From positions 19,842,001 through 19,906,000 of the forward strand of contig CM059432.1 in NCBI GenBank assembly GCA_030390025.1: DNA of 64,000 nucleotides, written 5' to 3'. Position 1 is the first letter of the stretch. The number at the start of each line of letters is the position of its first letter. The position numbers were made by a program, and so were the translations under genes. Of this stretch, positions 1 through 12,615 are shown piece by piece. Source of the stretch: Squalus acanthias (Eukaryota). The notes beneath the pieces are model-generated. The model did not search any database and was not told where the DNA came from. It worked only from the letters and a program-made list of their open reading frames with translations.

Positions 1-1652
1 ATGCTTCTTTGAAGGGACTTTTAATTAAATATGAACATGGGAACATTTATTTTTATTCCAGTTGTATAAATTATTTAATTATTTGGGGATTCCATTCGTA
101 AATGGAATCCCCATAAGCATATTAGGAATCCTCCTTTCTGATCAGAGGGCCTGGCCCAGGTGATCCCAGGGACGCTTCTGAACCATCTGCCTACCTGGGA
201 CACATGGGCCTTTACGCAGGCGTACACCTGCAGGCCCAGGACCCGAAGTCTCCGAAGCCCAGGAGCCAGCAGGTAGGTTTCGGGTCGGAGGCATACTCTG
301 GAGGTACGCCTCACCACGACTCTACCCTTGTGCATTCCCCATTTCAGACACCCAAGAAATCCAGCCTGCCCAGGCAGCGGTTGACCAAGAAGACGGAGAG
401 GAGAGTGAAGAAGAAGAAGAAACACCGTCACTCGATTGCACACTCCCAGCCACCAGCTCCTCGAGGTCTTCCTGCAAGGCCATCTGCAGTCTCCCCCCAC
501 TGATAGTCAACAGCCTTCCACCAGCCATGCTGCAGCCACTGGGGTAGCACTGCATGACATCACTAGGATAGGCAAAGGCACATGCAAGACAGTCACTGAG
601 GGAATGCACAAGGGTGATTCATTGATTTTTTGATATAATATTGGATGCATATATGGATAAAGTTGGATTGGAAAGTTTGGTTTGTGGTGGCTTTTATTTC
701 AGCATCGTGGCCAAGAGGACGCTGTGAAGGTCAGTAACAGAGTGAAGGTAAAGTGTGGAAAGGGGAATTGGGGTTGTGGTCACTGGTACCACAGGTGGAT
801 GATTCCATCCCAGATATCCTGGCCAGAAAGGGGCTGTCTGGGTTGCCTCCTTCCTTCGCTTCCACCTCTTCTGCTTCTTCCTCTTCCCTCTGTGAGCAGT
901 TTGTCCACTTTACTCTCTCTGCATCATCTCCATGTGATGTTACAGCCTAAGGGGGACTGCAGCTCGAGTCCCATGGACTGTGAGCAAGTGGTCTTCTCAG
1001 AGGCCTTCCTTTAACATCCAAAGCCTTGCAAGCGTCCAGCAGCACGCCCTGCACACTTTAACAACTTTTTAATTGTATTGCACCGCACCAAGCCACAACT
1101 CTCATAAAATGTAAAAAAAAACCCACTCCAAAAGCTGAAATCAAAACTTACCTGAAAGATGTGTGTGTCCCTTTAAAAAGTGCAGACAGCGTCTCTGCAC
1201 AACTGCTGCACGCACGTTCTCCATGCGTGGTTAGGAGGGGGCAGTATGGAGTGCGGCGATGCCCTAAATCGCAGTCACGCGCAATGTTCCCTGTAAGCTG
1301 CGCTTTGTTCTGCGTGGCCCGTTTCTTTTAATGTGCGGTCCCTTTAAATTTCTGTGCATGCGCGGTATTTACAATGTAAAAGCCGGTGAGCGCGCTGCGC
1401 GGGACCTTTGAGATTATGGTGCGGCCGCGCACCTTAGCGGGAACACTGGTCGTATGTCAATTTAGGCACACCAATTGACATCACGATCTGCACATTTACA
1501 TGGGAGAGGCGAGCGCAGGCAGCGGCAGCGCTGCTGACCTCTCCAAAATGGCGGCCGCCGTGTCCTGCGCCAGAAGAGGGTGGAAGTGAGGCGGCCACCA
1601 TTTTTTCAACAAAACCGGCCTTAAAGGCTGGTGCTCTCCAAATTCGCAGCCA
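1..1652. mobile_element. Degraded PIF/Harbinger-like DNA transposon remnant (right end only)
   Basis: GC-rich subterminal segment ending in CCAAATTCGCAGCC (~1640-1652), resembling the GGC..AATTT-type TIRs of other Harbinger-like elements here; no intact ORF; left end not seen. Confidence 0.4.
1282..1448. mobile_element. hAT-like MITE, 167 bp
   Basis: TIRs CAATGTTCCC...GGGAACACTG; 8-bp flanks GTCACGCG/GTCGTATG consistent with a CpG-decayed TSD; related copy at 44108-44262. Confidence 0.7.
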
Positions 1653-2839
1653 TTCTCTTTTTAATCTCTGATATAGAAAAAGGCTGACATATTTATGAAT
1701 ATATTGATTTATAATGAAAAATACAAATTTAAAAATAAATTAGCTAAATTAATACGGCAATATTAACGGGTGGGTGGATTTGTATTGATTGTTGAGTGTT
1801 TACTGTACACATACCGCAATGCAATGGGAAGAAGGAATGCAATACGACCTTTCAACGTACAGCACTGCCACTGAAAGCAACCTCAGCACAAACAGGACTG
1901 CTGTTCGGTAGAAGAAATGGCTCCAGGGTCTCAGAAGGAGCAGGGAAACAGCTGGCTTTTCAGAGCTTCTTTGGAGCCAGCTGTGCCTAATTGTATATCA
2001 CCAACCGTGACTGTTTTTTCTGGCTGTGGATGGGCTGAGCATAGATCAGCCTGGTGGTTGGAGTTATTTCGAACCTGTATGAGGTTTCCCCCTGACATTA
2101 GAAAGGATTTGCAGGGAGTAAAAAGAAAGTCACCAGTTGCAACATTTAAACAGCTATGCATGTGCAAACTTGCACGCAAATCACGGTTTCTTTGTTTCTG
2201 TCAGTGACGTGGAATGAGTCCTACAATGTGGAAGAGGAGAATGCCAGAACACTTGGTGCTTTCCAGTATTTGCACAATTTAAAATGGACAAGAGAGATGA
2301 TTCTACAAAATGTATCACAACTACGTCGAGAACTCATAAAAAGACAAGATATCGACTGTCATCCCCTCTGTGTACTTCCAAAATCCAAATTTTCCATATA
2401 AAATGAAATAGCAATGGATACAGAGTAACAGTGGCTGGACCTTCTATCAGCCTTGTTTTTTTAAATACGTTTATTTGGCCCGTGCGCTTCTAAACGCAGA
2501 AATCCTGAAGTTGCAGTTAGTCATTCACTGCTCTGACACAGGCTGCACTGTGGATCCCCCCCCACATAGCCAGCAATCAGTGAAATCAGTGGAACTGATG
2601 AAAACTTGAGCTTTTCCGTGCTGATATCGCTGTTAAACACCTCATTAAATGTTAAACCGTGTTGGAATAGGTGTAACTGGGGTTTTAACAGCATATTGAC
2701 TGCTAAACAACCGTTCTGACGCTGAGAAACGAATTTTTATATTTGTGGAATGTCAAATTTTTCCATTATGATAAAAAATACATTTAAAAAAAATGTTTTA
2801 AGTTTGTTCATGATATTTCAGCTTCTACCTTATCCCCAT

Positions 2840-3621
2840 TGTAAGACATTGTGGATTGAAAGAAATAATAGTCTGTTACGGGTTCCCTAGATCAGCAGTT
2901 TGCCTAAGTTAATGGCACAGAAAGATTCCAGTCATGTCAGAGAAATAGCTGTACAGAGAGCTGAATTACGAGGTCAGAACACAAAAACAGGCCTTCCAAT
3001 GGGCACAGCTAGGCCTGATAAGGGAAGCAGCAAGGAGCTGTATGATAAACAAGCTGTCTACAAGAGGGCAACAAGACCTTTAGAACAGAGATAAGGAGGA
3101 AAATGACCTCATGAGGCTGGGAGGAGGCTGTCATAGGTAGCCTCTCCCTTGTAATTAGATAATAGGATGGGTAAAAATGATTGACACGAGGTATCCACCA
3201 GCCCAACGAAATAAGGTATAAAAGCAGACAACCGAGAGAGGAAAGCAGGCAGTTAGAGGCGAAGGCTTCCCAGAGGTTGCTACGGCATTTCACCTTGGTC
3301 AAGTTTAGCCTCTGAGGTGGCTGACGGCCTAACACCTCCAACAGCTCAAGCGATGACACAACGGAAGTGACCGCTGCAGCAGACTGCAGGAGTCCACCCA
3401 ATCCGAGACCACCGTACTGCCTCACCGTCCATCCAGTTGTTTCGTTCCATTCCAGGGCCGTAGATCACCCTCATCTGTCACGGGTTGTATGCCTATTATA
3501 CTTATCTTAACCACATGTAATATCTGATTATGCTTTTAACTGTAGCTCTTTAATAAAAAGCCTTACAAACTCCTAAAACCCTTTGGATAATCTGTGTGTG
3601 ACCTGTGATCCAAATCTTACA
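2840..3621 (+). mobile_element. Solo LTR, 782 bp
   Basis: Termini TGTAAGA...TCTTACA; 4-bp TSD CCAT at 2836-2839 and 3622-3625; TATAAAA at 3217-3223; AATAAA at 3552-3557. Confidence 0.85.
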
Positions 3622-3914
3622 CCATGTGAAGGTCCCAATCTTTATTTTGCTCTCTGTAACATTTTTAAAAGTGAGGATAAAAGCTGCTTTTTATTTCCTG
3701 GTTTGCTGTCTGTGAGAATTCTTCAACATGATTGGCTGCTGAGGGAAAGGGTGAAATGTTAGGTTTTTGACTTCCTTTCTCTCTGTGTGGAAAAGAGACA
3801 ATTTGCAGCAACTCTGAGTTTGGCATAGTGTGAGGGAGGAGGTCTAACTTCCTCTACAACCAGAGGAAGGCTGCGGGAGACTCTAGGTTGAGGCTTGAAC
3901 AGAAGTGAAAGAAA

Positions 3915-4377
3915 AAAAGACTTGCATTTATATAGCGCCTTTCACGACCACCAGACGTCTCAAAGCGCTCTACAGCCAATGAAGTACTTTTGAAGTGTAG
4001 TCACTGTTGTCATGTGGGAAACGTGACAGCCAATCTGTGCACAGCAAGCTCCCACAAACAGCAATGTGGCAATGACCAGATAATCTATTTTTGTTATGTT
4101 GATTGAGGGATAAATATCGTCCAGGACACTGGGGATAACTCCCTGCTCTTCTTCGAAATAGTGCCATGGAATCTTTTACATCCACCTGAGAGAGCAGACG
4201 GGGCCTCGGTTTAATGTTTCATCTGAAAGACAGCACCTCCGACAGTGCAGCACTCCCTCAGCACTGTACTGGAGTGTCAGCCTAGCTTTATGTGCTCAAG
4301 TCCCTGGAGTGGGACTTGAACCCACAACCTTCTGACGCAGAGGCGAGTGTGCTACCAATTGAGCCACAGCTGACACT
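3915..4377 (-). mobile_element. tRNA-derived Deu-domain SINE (SacSINE1-like), near full length
   Basis: Minus strand has A box TGGCTCAATTGG, B box GGTTCAAGTCC, central GATGTAAAAGATTCCATGGCACTATTTCGAAGAAGAG and an L2-like tail GCGCTATATAAATGCAAG. Confidence 0.8.
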
Positions 4378-6408
4378 GTGGCCCATAACAGGGAAAGTTA
4401 GTGCCAATTAGTCAGCGATACTAAGGAGCAACTATGCAAAATTAATTTTTTTTGATGTTACATGGAGTTTTAGGAAATAGATAAAACTTGCTGTGAAAAT
4501 TCTGTTCATTTATGTATTTCATTTAAAATAAACTAGTTTTATTAGTTTACAATTGGCCCCATCGCACTAAAGTGCTCATCAGTCCACCTGCTGAAAGAGC
4601 ATTGAAACACAAATGGGGAACGCGCAAGTAATATCCAGTACATATCTATGACCCATGACACGCTATTGTACAACTTGATATTGGGTAGTACCCCTAATTG
4701 TAGTGAATGTGAAGTCTGCTTATATTCAGTCTGCACTGAATCCAAGAGAATATCTAGTTCATACTTGGAATTTGTAACAGCTTTAAATTTATTTATTCCA
4801 CACATAGTTATGACTGGTATGGAGAAAAAAATCTTCCTAAAGTACTGCTTGAGGCTTCTTAATTTTTTTATATTTATTCCTAGTTCTCTGCTCCTCCTTG
4901 TTCAGGAGACTTGGAAACATCAATATTGCATCTGAGGATGATTTAATTCTGTTAGAAGCTACACCGATGCGTCACACCTTACTGACTATAATTTAATTAT
5001 ACTTTGATGCCATTCCACTTACTGCTAACTTGAAATAAAAGGAACTCTGTGTTAAGGATTAGTGTTAAGGGAAAAGAGAAAGTTTAATTACGGGCCACTT
5101 CAAGATTCAGCCAATAAACTACCTTTTCATCATAATTTCCATATTTTGCAATCAGTGCCACAGCTTGCATGCATTTTATTTTTATTATTTCCATTCCCAA
5201 CCCACCCTGTCCTCCTTGGCTGTTAGGGCAGATCAGTGAAGCGTGGGGATATCCATCAATGCTGCTGCTTATTTGACCCACAAGGGGCCACATCTCAGTC
5301 ATGCAAAATTGACCCCTGCCTCCTTCCTCCAAGCCCCGACTCATAAACCAGTTTCTCTCTCATCATTTGGTAACTAACGAGCAAAACGTGCCATCCAAGT
5401 AGAAACCTGAATTCAGATACCAAGGACTAGTATGATGGTTTCCCCATTCATGTTGTAGCTACCTCGTTGCCCAAAGATCCCATTCCTCACAGTTCGAGAA
5501 ACATCCGTGAATAAGATGCATGTTTTTTGTCCCAAGTATTTACTGTATTCAACACTGTAATTCACTGCTTGGCCATCATGAATGATAACATTGTCATAGA
5601 TTGTGATTAACCCTTTGCTGATTGCCGTAATACTTCAAACATGGATCATTTCTAAAACACCTGCAATATGGTCACAGGAGCCAATGTCATCTGCACGATC
5701 CTTTCCTACATCAGTCCATTCCTTGCTTGCTTGCTCCTTTCCCCTCTCGGTTTCAGAACGCAGCAAATGCCCTGATGAATATGACAGAACCACAAAGCTG
5801 ACGCTGTAATTCGACACATGGTTAATTTGGCCCCAGCTCTGATGGCATCACTTGCCATTCCTCCCATTACTTTGTCTTGCCAATGCAAATTATCCTGCAA
5901 TATGATGAAGAAAGGCTGTGGCATTTTTGTGACAATGCATAAATAGTAGAACATGACAGATTATTGTGTCAGAGTAGTAAGATTAATGGCTGATTGCAAC
6001 GTCTATGGTTTTTGCATAGTGCTTGGAAATTGTGTAATATCCACGAGTAAGTTGCTGCCCTGGAGGTCACTGTGAGCAGCACAGTGCAATATCACCTTTC
6101 CTGGAGGAAATCCATGGTATCCCTTTTGCAAGCACAGCTGCAATCAGCAACTCACACACGTATCGCCTTAGAATTTATTGGCCCGGATCTTCCTGCAACA
6201 GCACTTTTGGCCCTGAAGGCTGCAGGTTGGACTGTTGCGCTCCCCAATCCTCCAGTGGCAAATCTGCAGCAACATTTACTGGACAACACATTTGAATACG
6301 CCTCAGCGATCATAGCTGCCAAGTGTGATGAGGAACACACGTTTACGTACGTGCGGGGCGTCTGGGTCATCGTCACGTGACTTCCCTTTGTTCTCTCTCT
6401 CTGTCTCT

Positions 6409-6752
6409 CGTGTGTGTGCATGTGTGGGGTGGGTGTGCATGTGGGTGCGTGTGCGTGTGTGGGGGTGGGTGTGCGCGTGCGTGTGTGGGCGCATGGGTGC
6501 GTGTGGGTGTGTGTGTGTGCGTGCATGTGCGTGTGGGTGGGTGTGCACGTGTGAGAGCACGTGTGTGCATGCGCGTGTACGTGTGGGTGGGTGTGCGGGT
6601 GTGTGTGGGCGTGCATGTGTGTGGGTGGGTGTGCACGTGTGTGCGTGCGCGTGTACGTGTGGGTGGGTGTGCGAGAGTGCGGGTGTGTGTGGGTGTGCAT
6701 GTGTGTGGGTGGGTGTATGCATGTGTGGGGTTGGGTGTGCATGTGGGTGCGG
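6409..6752. repeat. Degenerate (GT/GC/AT)n microsatellite
   Basis: ~340 bp of GTGT/GTGC/GGGT runs; accounts for the HTHT/VCVC ORFs. Confidence 0.95.
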
Positions 6753-7272
6753 GCGCCAGTTGAGCTGCAGTCCCGTGGAGCTCAGTGCAAGCTCCTGCAA
6801 CTCCTGTGTGTTAACTTGCTGTTTTATATACTTAATAAGCCATTGATACTCTTTCTAACACTGCATTGCTACGCCTACTCTTTAAAGAGGTAGCCACACA
6901 GTCAGAAGCGGCGCAGCCAATGTCCGATATAGATCCATGGTGCCGGGGATTGTGTCCACTTTTGTAAGCTGGCATTTAGGAATATTTAAGAGGTTTTTCC
7001 CCTAGCCACACCCACCGAATATTATTACTACGTACCATGAATATTAGCTCTTCCACTGCTGAAAAAATAACTCTTACTGGATTTTCATCGAAGATACTCG
7101 GATAATTCAACATATGGTTTCTGTAGTTTCTTCCTACGGCTAGTCCGTTAATTTTATAAATTATCAGGCACAAGGGATTAAACGAGATTTGAAATGATTG
7201 TATTTTAGTAACAAAGAATGCAAACTCTGATAGGAATCAACTATGTGAGAGTAGCATCCTATTAGAGAAATG

Positions 7273-7890
7273 GGGGGAAAAATTCGGTGGCGCCCCCTTT
7301 GGGGCGCTAACTTCACCAGGGCGCTACTTTTAGCGCCCCGAAAAAGTTACCCCATGCGCTATAAATTCAGTGGTAGTGCCCCAAGCAGGAGGCGGGGCGC
7401 TATTGGAAGCGCTCCCCCTCCTTCCTGGGGCGCTACAAGTGAATATCACGGCGCTACATGCAACAGCGCTGCGGTATTACAGGCCTCCCTCCCCTGATTA
7501 AAGGGGAGGGGCCTAGCGCTGCACGCACCGGGATGCGGCAAGAGGAGTGCCAGGCTGAGCGCTCGCGGCCGGCACCCCGAATAAAAAAGGGGAAGGGGAC
7601 AGGTGCTGGCAGGCGGCCAAAAAAAATGGCCGCCCAACGCCTGCCCTTTAACTTGCTCCGCTGTGGCTGCAAAAACGCCACCCTGACCTTAGCGGACACG
7701 TCATCTGGCGATAGGTCAGGGGGCGCAACTGAAGTTTGCGGCTGGGGCGCGAGTGGGGCGCTGCCACCGCTAATGACATTAGCTACCACCACCGCTAACC
7801 TCCCGCTGAATTTCGCGGGAGGTGTTAGCGGCACCGCGCCCAGGCGCTAGGGGCTTTGCGCCCCCCCGTTAGCAACCCAATTTTTCCCCC
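7273..7890. mobile_element. PIF/Harbinger-type MITE, GC-rich
   Basis: TIRs GGGGGAAAAATT/AATTTTTCCCCC; 3-bp TSD ATG at 7270-7272 and 7891-7893; repeated GGGGCGC subterminal motifs. Confidence 0.8.
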
Positions 7891-8199
7891 ATGAAATCTA
7901 TATATTTTGAAAAGGAAACAGTACTGTAAATGCCAGAGTTGCTGTCATTCTCACCTGTAAATGTTTTACATGGCTCCAAGGGGATTTTCAAATCATAAGT
8001 TATTGTTAAGCTAATATCCACTGGGTGTTTTAGAGCCTTTTTGTTGCTACGACGTGATATTCTGATGCCATAAAATTAACTTGCTTAATGAGGCTTAAAT
8101 AATGACTAGAAAATGCTCAACTGATCGACAGTGAGAGCTTTGATGTTTATTGTAAAAAGCTGAGCGATCACTTTACTGAGCCTGAGTCCACCATCACCA

Positions 8200-8520
8200 C
8201 TGTAACCCACCAGCACCATTCTGTGACCCACCGGCGCCAATCTGTGACCCACCGGCGCCATTCTGTGACCCACCGGCGCGATTCTGTGACCCACCGGTGC
8301 CATTCTGTGACCCACCGGTGCCATTCTGTGACCCACCGGCGCCATTCTGTGACCCACCGGTGCCATTCTGTGACCTACCGGTGCCATTTTGTGACCCACC
8401 GGTGCCATTCTGTGACCCACCGGTGCCATTCTGTGACCCACCGGTGCCATTCTGTGACCCACCAGCGCCATTCTGTGACCCACCAGCACCATTCTGTGAC
8501 CCACCGGCGCCATTCTGTAA
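8200..8520. repeat. 21-bp minisatellite, ~15 copies
   Basis: Unit CATTCTGTGACCCACCGGTGC with few variants and no spacers. Confidence 0.95.
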
Positions 8521-10194
8521 TGGTCTACGTCAGCGGCAATCTAAGTTGCGTTAATTCACCTGAAAAATTGGTGCTGATTGAGTGCCGACCCAGGAAAATC
8601 CACCCCTGATGAATTTAAAACATTGCCCCTTTCCCCCCTGGGGATCTATGTTCAAAATGAATACTGAAGTCCTCTATGTGCTAGCTATAACAATCCTGCG
8701 TGAAATGAGGCTGAAACAGTTTCAACCCAGATGCTCTATAGGGGAAAGTCTGCAGTACAGAACTGCCAAGAACTGAGCACTAATGTACAGTCTCAGCGAG
8801 ACCAAAAGGCTGGCTGGTTTGAAAAAGGGAAAGTCACGCTGGTGCATTAGAGGAAAGCGTGCTTTTCTGAGACCGAGATAGGAAACTTTTACTTGGCAAG
8901 TGCCAGAAACAGGTAATCAAACAATCGCAACACTCCCTTTAATGAAACTGTGAAGATTTATAATACAAACATGAGATACCAGCAGTATGCCTTGGGCATT
9001 GAAATTCAATTCCTTGTACAAAGAGTAATTAGAATGTGTGATTGACTAACAGGCAAAGTCGAGTCTGAAGCTGATAGGGTTCAGGTTGTAACACAGCACT
9101 GCCTCCTGACTGTGTACTTGCTAATCAATAAATTCTGAGATGAATAGTTCCAATGCTCAGAATATTGATTACTTTATTCAAGTTCATAGCATGAAAAGAC
9201 AGTAATATTAAGCCTGTCCAGAGGATATAGTTCTAAAATGCCTCCGTGCTTCATTCTCAGCACCTTTAACATTCAGTATAAACTTTGTTTATTTTCATGC
9301 TGTAACCTGCTTACTTCAATTCCAACAGCTCCTGACACAAACTATCAGTGACACTATACCCTTGATACAGGATATCATTCATATATATCTATGTGTAGAT
9401 CACATCTGTACCTATTACACCTCACGTCACACTTCAAGCATCACACCTTATCATATGATTTTTCGCTTGGCTCTGCTTGACTCAAATTGTGTCTTCATAA
9501 AGCGGCAACAAATGAGAACTGAATGGAATGAAAAAAATCAAATGTGAGAAAGGCGAGTTCGTAAATTACCAATGAAGAACTACTAAGGATATATCAAGTC
9601 CTACAAATGAAATTGTTTTCATCATTTTGTGCAGTTGGCTTGAGCTACCATTTTGAATTTTTCTCCAGTTGAAAAATTATACTGTAAAAGATTTATCTGT
9701 AACAAATGGAATCCACGGAGAGTAAGCAATTATGAATAGCATGCTTATTCTTACTCATGAAGTTAGTTTTGCAGTGTTGTAAAACCTTGGGAAATGTTTT
9801 CTCAGGAAGTCTGACTCCTGAGCCACGAGCCTGAGGCTTATTTTGGATGACTTGGCTGGATCTTGAATTATTCAGTTAGGCTTTGTTGAAAATTTGTTCT
9901 GCAAACACCTTGGTTCCTCTCTTGATTGGCTGCTCTTCATGGGAACCACACCAAGCTCTAGCCCGCATCCTTTTAGCTCCAGAACACAGTTAAGGATCCT
10001 TCATCTTTGAGTCTAATGAACATTCACAGGACATGTCAAGATACACTTTTATAAATGTCACTCCTTCCATCTACAGGTTTGGCAGCACCAGTTTCTAATG
10101 TTCGAAGGGTTCTCTGCAAATATTACATTTGGCACCTTATGATTGGTTCCTGGAAAGATATCTGTGTCTCTCTATTTATTTCTTTATGTCTTTT

Positions 10195-10935
10195 TTAATT
10201 TATTCATTCTCAGGATGTGGACGTTGCTGCAAGGCCAGCATTTATTGTCCATCCTAGTTGTCCTTGAGAAGGTTGTGGTGGTTAGCCTACTTCTTCAACG
10301 CTACAGTCCATGTGGGAAAGGTACTCCCACAATGCTGTTCAGTAGGGAGTTCCAGGATTTTGACCTGGCGACGATGAAGGAACGGTGATACATGTCCAAG
10401 TTAGGATGGTGTGTGAATTGGAGGAAAATCTTGGCGGTGATGGTGTTCCCATGCTCCTGCTGCCCTTGTCCTTCTAGCTGGTGGAGGTGTTGTTGAAGAA
10501 GCCTTGGCGAGATACTACAGTGCATTCTGTAGATAGTACACACTGCAGCCACTTTGTGCAGGTGGTGGAGGGAGTGAATGTTTAAGGTGGTGGATGGGGT
10601 GCCAATTAAGCGGACTGCTTTGTCCTGGATAGTGTTGAGCTTCTTGAGTGTTGTTGCAGCTTCACCCATTCAGGCAAATGGAGAGTATTTCATCACACTC
10701 CTGACTTGTGCCTTGTTGGTAGTTGAGAGGGTTTGAGGAGTCAGGAGGTGATCCACTTGCCACAGAATACCCAGCCTCTGACCTGCTCTAGTAGCCACAG
10801 CATTTACGTGGCTGGTCCAGTTGAGTTTCTGGTCAATGACAACCCCAGGTTGTTGATGGTGGGGGATTCTGCGATGGTAATGCCATTGAATGTTAAGGGG
10901 AGGTAGTTTGACTCTCTCTTGTTGGAGATGGTCAG
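10195..10935 (-). mobile_element. CR1-clade LINE 3' fragment
   Basis: Peptide TTLKKLNTIQDKAVRLIGTP..LNIHSLHH; same family as 61129-61810. Confidence 0.85.
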
Positions 10936-11836
10936 AATGTTGATTAGAATGTTAACATATTTTAACTATCAACAAAATACACAGGATAGGCAGATGCTTT
11001 CTGTTTCCTTTCTAAATTCAATTCATTTGTGTTTTTTTTAAACTAACACATTAGAACGAGAAAACAACACTTTTAACTTGTGTATCTGTCTATCTCTCAG
11101 CTTAGTATGCTTTCTGAAGTTTAAAGGGTATTTATAATTCATACACCAACTAAAGCTACAACAGCTGTCATCAGTAAAGTCCGTCATGTTTGTTATTCTT
11201 TCTTTCACACAGACACATACACAGAAAAACAAATAAATTACACAACTGAATAAAGGTTTTGAAATTTGTTTTCTAGCTTTTGTTTTTAAATAAAATAAGC
11301 ATCAAATAAACTTTGTTAGAGATCAAGGCAGATGTATTCCATCATTGTGCTAGCTTAAATGCTACTGATATAGATTGCAGGATCTGCCTTGAAACTGCAG
11401 TCACTGGCCAAAGGAGAAATATCAAGCCCAGACTTTTGGAAGAGGCTGAGAGCTTCAAGTAAAATCTTAATGAAGTTATTAAGAAACAAGACAATTTAAT
11501 GGATAATTTTAATTATGTTATTGTTGAAATATGTAAATCTGATTTTTTTTGTACTTGGTTTAAAACATTTGGACATAGAAATTTCAGATACTGAGGAAAA
11601 AAAAGTAGATAATTAAAAAAAAATCCTATTGACTGATTCGACTTGTTCATTATTGACACATTGTTTTTACATTACAGATAATTTTATTATAAATGTTTAC
11701 ATCAGAAGTTCCCGTTATGAATATAGCTTTATGGAAGTAATGCTGTGGACAGGAATTGGGTGTCATATGCAAGCTTTTTATAATTATATAGATATGCATT
11801 TACTAGCCTTGAAACTCCTGGGTTTACAGGGACATT

Positions 11837-12615
11837 GGCCCCGATATTCACTGGTGTGGGGTTTTGGTGCTGGTGCGGGGGGGGGGGGGGGGGGGCGCGG
11901 GAGAAGAGATATGGTCGGGAAACCTGGAAGTACGGGTTTCCTCAAATGTTGTGACGTTCAACTCCGCAGCTGGGGGATCAGGTAATTTTTGTGACTTGGG
12001 GTAGAGATCGGGGGGGGGGGGGGTGGTGGGGTGCTGGGGAATAGGTATAGCGTGGTTGGGGGTGATTGCGAGGGGGGCCAAAGATTGCGCGGGGGTTGGG
12101 GAGAGATTGGAGGGGGGTTGGAGATTGGAGGGGGAGAGATGGGGGTGTCAGGGGAAGAGTCGGCGATTGCGGGAGAGATGGGGGGTCGGTGATGGTGGGG
12201 ATGTTGAGGGGAAATCATGGAGGTGGGGGGTGGGGGGGAGGGTGTTTACAGAGTAAGCATGTTGGGCTGGGAGGAAACACGCCTGCTCCTCCATGTCCAC
12301 AAGCGGTGCTGTAAAGGCACTTGCCTGATGGATCCAGCCCTTCTCGCCTCCTTGCAGCTGCCGGATTTCCCCGAGGCCCTGGAAGCCAGGCCAACATGGG
12401 TTAAAAATAGAAAACCCTGTAAAAATAGAAGCACGCCGCCTCCTTAAAAGCTTTCAATGACTGACCCGCCTCCTGAGAGCCGATTGGCCGCCCGCCCCTC
12501 GTCCACCTCCGTAAAACCAGAAGTGGGTGGGTTTGAGACGGGTTAGATTCCTGTTTATGATTTTTAACCTCCCACCCCACCCAATCCCATCTGTTTTTGA
12601 GGATTAAAATCACCC
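11837..12615. mobile_element. Harbinger-like MITE with G-rich GATCGGGG interior
   Basis: Ends GGCCCCGATATT...AAAATCACCC; interior resembles 37856-38624; TSD not clear. Confidence 0.55.

Noticed and set aside
4310..4377. tRNA gene (A and B boxes); also ~45275-45342 and ~59113-59180
   Set aside because: These are tRNA-derived SINE heads continuous with Deu-domain bodies, with no complete cloverleaf evident.
4560..4590. Minus-strand CTGATGA-GCAC-TTTA-GTGC hammerhead-like motif
   Set aside because: The required GAAA box is absent (reads GATG) and stems I and III are not evident.
6152..6893. Several long His/Thr- or Cys/Val-rich ORFs
   Set aside because: Translations of a dinucleotide-type microsatellite.
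8200..8520. CRISPR-like array or repetitive protein gene (MAPVGHR)n
   Set aside because: No unique spacers, no cas genes and a eukaryotic context; the ORFs result from a stop-free 21-bp unit.
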